Source of the DNA: an uncultured virus (IMG/VR IMGVR_UViG_3300011955_000032)
Taxonomy: Duplodnaviria > Heunggongvirae > Uroviricota > Caudoviricetes
Strand: one strand, 5' to 3'
IMG/VR virus record: IMGVR_UViG_3300011955_000032
Coordinates: 47,239 to 67,238 of that record
Length of the DNA stretch: 20,000 nt
Under the pieces are notes generated by a model. The model ran no database searches and was not told the DNA's origin. It saw only the letters and a program-made list of their open reading frames with translations. Of this stretch, positions 17,395 through 20,000 are shown piece after piece; the stretch's first letter is position 1, and each line of letters starts with the position of its first letter. A program made the position numbers and the translations under genes.

Positions 17395-17433
17395 GGTTCG
17401 ACCGCGCGGCCCGGCCCCGGAATCATCGGGGCC
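17384..17433 (+). promoter_or_regulatory. Late-promoter-like motif copy 3 (CCCCCG-tat-AGGGTTCG-N20-AATCAT-N7-ATG) ahead of the lysis cassette
   Basis: Same motif and spacing as copies 1 and 2. It overlaps the stop codon of the upstream gene. Confidence 0.75.
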
Positions 17434-17745
17434 ATGAAGAAATACCTCGTATCCCTGCTCGCGCTGATGGGCATCCACCAGCACCTGAGCGCCGAGCAGC
17501 GGCAGGACCTGGCCAATGCTGCTGTTCATGCCACGCCAGGCGCTGCTGCCACCGGGGTGTTCAAGGTCTGGGGGCTGCCGCTCAGCGAATGGCTGGTGGT
17601 GGCTTCGCTGGCATTCATCGTGCTGCAGGCTGGCTACCTGATCTGGAAGTGGCGACAGGACTATCAGCGTGCCCAGCAGCGGCAGCGCCTCGCGCGGCTG
17701 GCTGGGCTCAAGCCTGAGCCTGAAACGGACTGGGGCGCGCCATGA
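17434..17745 (+). CDS. Holin, 103 aa
   Basis: Immediately upstream of the lysozyme. TM segment WGLPLSEWLVVASLAFIVLQAGYLIWKW resembles the T7 gp17.5-type holin, followed by a basic tail. Confidence 0.8.
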   Translation: MKKYLVSLLALMGIHQHLSAEQRQDLANAAVHATPGAAATGVFKVWGLPLSEWLVVASLAFIVLQAGYLIWKWRQDYQRAQQRQRLARLAGLKPEPETDWGAP

Positions 17746-18326
17746 GCAAGACCCCGCGCACCGCCGTCGCCGCGCTCACCATCTCGGCAGCCGGCCTGCT
17801 GGCCACCATGGGCGTGGAGGGCTTCCGGCCAGATCCCCATGTGCCAACCCAGGGCGACAGGCCCACCATCGGCCACGGCTCGACGGTCTACGAGGACGGC
17901 ACGCCCGTGCGCATGACCGATCCGCCCATCACCCGCGAGCGCGCGCTGCAGCTGGTGCGCAGCCACACGTCCAAGGATGAGGCCATGTTCCGAGCCAGCC
18001 TGCCGGGCGTGGCCCTGTACCAAACGGAATACGACCTCTATCTGGACTTCACCTACCAGTACGGCATCGGCGCCTGGCGCACCAGTCCCATGCGCGCGCG
18101 GCTGCTGGCCGGGCAGTTCGCGCCCGCCTGCCAGGCGCTGCTGGGCTATCGCTTCATGACCAGCCCCAAGCGCGAGGGCTCGGGCTGGGAGCCTTACCAG
18201 TGGGACGCGGCCGGCCGCCCCAAGCGCTGGCGTTTCGACTGCAGCACGCCAGGCAATCGCATCTGCCGCGGCGTCTGGATCCGTCAACAGGCGCGGCATG
18301 CCGCGTGTATGGAGGCCCAGCCATGA
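17742..18326 (+). CDS. Endolysin, GH24 (T4-type fold) lysozyme with a SAR-like N-terminal anchor, 194 aa
   Basis: Weakly hydrophobic Ala/Gly-rich N-terminus after basic residues. EG...PTIGHGST catalytic region, EYDLYLDFTYQYGIG, C-terminal GVWIRQQAR...C. Confidence 0.9.
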   Translation: MSKTPRTAVAALTISAAGLLATMGVEGFRPDPHVPTQGDRPTIGHGSTVYEDGTPVRMTDPPITRERALQLVRSHTSKDEAMFRASLPGVALYQTEYDLYLDFTYQYGIGAWRTSPMRARLLAGQFAPACQALLGYRFMTSPKREGSGWEPYQWDAAGRPKRWRFDCSTPGNRICRGVWIRQQARHAACMEAQP

Positions 18327-18376
18327 GCCCGATCTGGATCGCAATGTGGTGTTACTGGTGGAGGGGAGGGCGATGA
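18323..18376 (+). CDS. 17-aa Trp-rich mini-protein MSPIWIAMWCYWWRGGR in the lysis cassette
   Basis: SD ggagg at 18311-18315. Its ATG overlaps the endolysin TGA (ATGA) and its TGA overlaps the Rz ATG (ATGA). Too short for the ORF track. Confidence 0.6.
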   Translation: MSPIWIAMWCYWWRGGR

Positions 18377-18885
18377 TCCCGGCGCTCTACACCCACCTGG
18401 GAGCCGCCGCCTTGGCCGCCGCGCTGGCATGGCAGTTCCAGGGCGCGCGCCTGGGCGCCGAGCTGGCCGAGGCTCGGCTGGAAACCACCACCCAGCAGCT
18501 GGCCACCAGCACGGCGCAGCGCGCGGCCGACGCCCGCGTGCGCCAGGCCGAGCAGGCCATGACCAAGAAATACCAAGGAGCCCTCAATGCCGCTCGTGAC
18601 CGCGAGGCGCTGCTGCGCCGTGACCTTGACCATCTGCTCGCTGTCTCTGACGGCCTGCGCGAGCAATCCGCAGATGCCGCCCGCCGGCTTGCCAGCGCTC
18701 CCCCCGCCGCCGTCCTTGAGTACGCCACTGCCCTCGGAGTCGTATTTGAAGACTGCCGCGCAGCGTATGGGGACATGGCAGCAAAAGCTGCAGGGCACGC
18801 AGCTGATGTCCAAACCCTCGGCGCCGCCTGGCCCGTGATCCCGCGCCTGCCGGCCGCAGGCACCACCGCAGAAAGCAATCCATGA
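18373..18885 (+). CDS. Rz: Rz-like inner-membrane spanin, 170 aa
   Basis: Start re-assigned to ATG 18373 (gaggggagg SD). N-terminal TM then coiled coil, downstream of the endolysin, with an embedded lipoprotein ORF. Confidence 0.85.
   Translation: MIPALYTHLGAAALAAALAWQFQGARLGAELAEARLETTTQQLATSTAQRAADARVRQAEQAMTKKYQGALNAARDREALLRRDLDHLLAVSDGLREQSADAARRLASAPPAAVLEYATALGVVFEDCRAAYGDMAAKAAGHAADVQTLGAAWPVIPRLPAAGTTAESNP
18587..18838 (+). CDS. Rz1: Rz1-like outer-membrane lipoprotein spanin embedded in Rz (+1 frame), 83 aa
   Basis: aaggag SD upstream. Signal peptide with lipobox LTAC, Pro-rich mature part (PPAGLPALPPPPSLSTPLP), fully nested in Rz. Confidence 0.85.
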   Translation: MPLVTARRCCAVTLTICSLSLTACASNPQMPPAGLPALPPPPSLSTPLPSESYLKTAAQRMGTWQQKLQGTQLMSKPSAPPGP

Positions 18886-20000
18886 ACACCTCTCCCATCA
18901 AGCCCACAATCGGCCGCCGTGTCTGGTTCCGCCCGAGTGCTCGGTTTCTGGAGCGCAACCCAACCGTGACGCAACTGGGGTCTGGCCAGCCGATGGACGC
19001 CGGCATCGTCTATGTTCACCACGACCACATGGTGAATCTGGCCGTGTGTGACCACGTTGGCCGGACGCATATGGTGCCGAGCGTGCCGCTTCTGGCCGGT
19101 CAATGGGAGCCGAGCGACGATGACTACATGGTGTGCGAATGGATGCCGTACCAGAAGAGCCAGGCGGCGAAGGCCGAAGCCGCGCCAGGTGCGATCGAAT
19201 CCAAGGCCTACGGCGACGGCACAACAGCCACCGGCCCAGGCCCTCTGCCCGACCTCTCTCCGGCTGAGCAGTCCATCGAAGCCGAGATCCAGGCCAAGGG
19301 CAAGACAGCGGCGCGGGTCACCCCCGATGACATCCAGCGGGAGATCGTGGAGGAGACCTACTTCACTGCTGCCGAAGGTCGGCACGGGCACTCGCACAAG
19401 AACCACGGCTTCGAGTACGCCGAGCCGGCCAACAGTCCCCTCAACTTGCTGACGTTCTGTGTTCTGGAGCTGCGCAACGGCTTCACGGTGACCGGCGAAA
19501 GCGCGTGCGCATCCCCCGAGAACTTCGACGCCGCCATCGGCCGCCGCATCGCGCGCGAGAACGCTTTGCAAAAGATATGGCCGCTGCTGGGCTTCCGGCT
19601 GCGCGACAAGCTGGCGGGCATCAACGACCCCAGCAAGGCCGAGCAGGTCCTGGGCGAGGTGCTTTCTGTGGTGCAGCACTACCTTCCGCCGGATGGTGGC
19701 ACGGTTCATGAGGCGATGGACAAGATCATCGGGCTGGTGGACCCCTGGCCTCTGCATGCTCGGCCCCTGCCTTGTGGCACCAAGCCGCGCACAGCGCAGT
19801 CTGCCATCGATGTAGCTGCTGAAGAATATGCCCGTGATGAGCAAAACCTGAGCATCTCCAAATTGCACAGCCGTGAAGCCCAGGATGCAGTCACAGCCGC
19901 CTTTGAAGCTGAGCGTGCAGCAGACGCGGCCTGCAAGGCAGCTCTGGGCAAGCTGGCAGAGGCGGCGCTACCCAAGCACCCGGACGCAGGACAGAGCTGA
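18882..20000 (+). CDS. Multi-domain protein, 372 aa, with a central N4 Gp49/Sf6 gene 66 family domain
   Basis: ATGA-coupled to Rz. ~19266-19613 EQSIEAEIQAKGKTAARVTP...LTFCVLELRNGFTVTGESACASPENFDAAIGRRIARENA..KIWPLLGF is the Phage_gp49_66 signature. Separate N-terminal and C-terminal segments flank it. Confidence 0.85.
   Translation: MNTSPIKPTIGRRVWFRPSARFLERNPTVTQLGSGQPMDAGIVYVHHDHMVNLAVCDHVGRTHMVPSVPLLAGQWEPSDDDYMVCEWMPYQKSQAAKAEAAPGAIESKAYGDGTTATGPGPLPDLSPAEQSIEAEIQAKGKTAARVTPDDIQREIVEETYFTAAEGRHGHSHKNHGFEYAEPANSPLNLLTFCVLELRNGFTVTGESACASPENFDAAIGRRIARENALQKIWPLLGFRLRDKLAGINDPSKAEQVLGEVLSVVQHYLPPDGGTVHEAMDKIIGLVDPWPLHARPLPCGTKPRTAQSAIDVAAEEYARDEQNLSISKLHSREAQDAVTAAFEAERAADAACKAALGKLAEAALPKHPDAGQS

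Larger units (their letters stand above)
1..20000 (+). mobile_element. Phage/prophage late region (ejection protein, tail genes, lysis cassette); extends beyond both window edges
   Basis: Co-oriented, tightly packed genes, many with ATGA overlaps. Includes tail fibre, fibre chaperone, holin, lysozyme and Rz/Rz1. No host housekeeping genes, integrase or att site in the window, so prophage versus free phage cannot be decided. Confidence 0.95.

Noticed and set aside
18387..19868. 493-aa minus-strand ORF
   Set aside because: Antisense to Rz/Rz1 and the Gp49-family gene, with no coding signals of its own.
1..20000. CRISPR array, IS element, rRNA, att site
   Set aside because: No regularly spaced repeats, transposase, integrase or structural RNA signatures seen.

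Overview
GC-rich late (virion morphogenesis and lysis) region of a tailed phage or prophage, probably podovirus-like and probably from a high-GC proteobacterial host (both are inferences). Nearly all real genes are on the + strand. In order: a 5'-truncated giant polyvalent, ejection-type protein (HExxH zincin domain, LPD3/BECR-like domain, LPD38-like C-terminus); a small antisense 2-TM membrane gene with its own sigma70-like promoter; eleven tail/virion genes including an Asp-box beta-propeller, a tail fibre with a low-GC tip and a fibre chaperone; a lysis cassette (holin, SAR-like lysozyme, an unannotated 17-aa Trp-rich mini-ORF, Rz with embedded Rz1); and a multi-domain Gp49/Sf6-gp66-family protein that is a candidate anti-defence sponge. 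The most striking hidden signals are (1) a complete antisense small-RNA unit (near-consensus sigma70 promoter, ~85-nt RNA closed by a perfect 10-bp stem, U-tract) buried in the giant CDS right after its BECR-like domain, and (2) a three-copy motif CCCCCG-N3-ARGGTTCG starting exactly 50 nt upstream of three ATGs, a likely activator-dependent leaderless late promoter. Domain names come from recognition by eye, not from searches.
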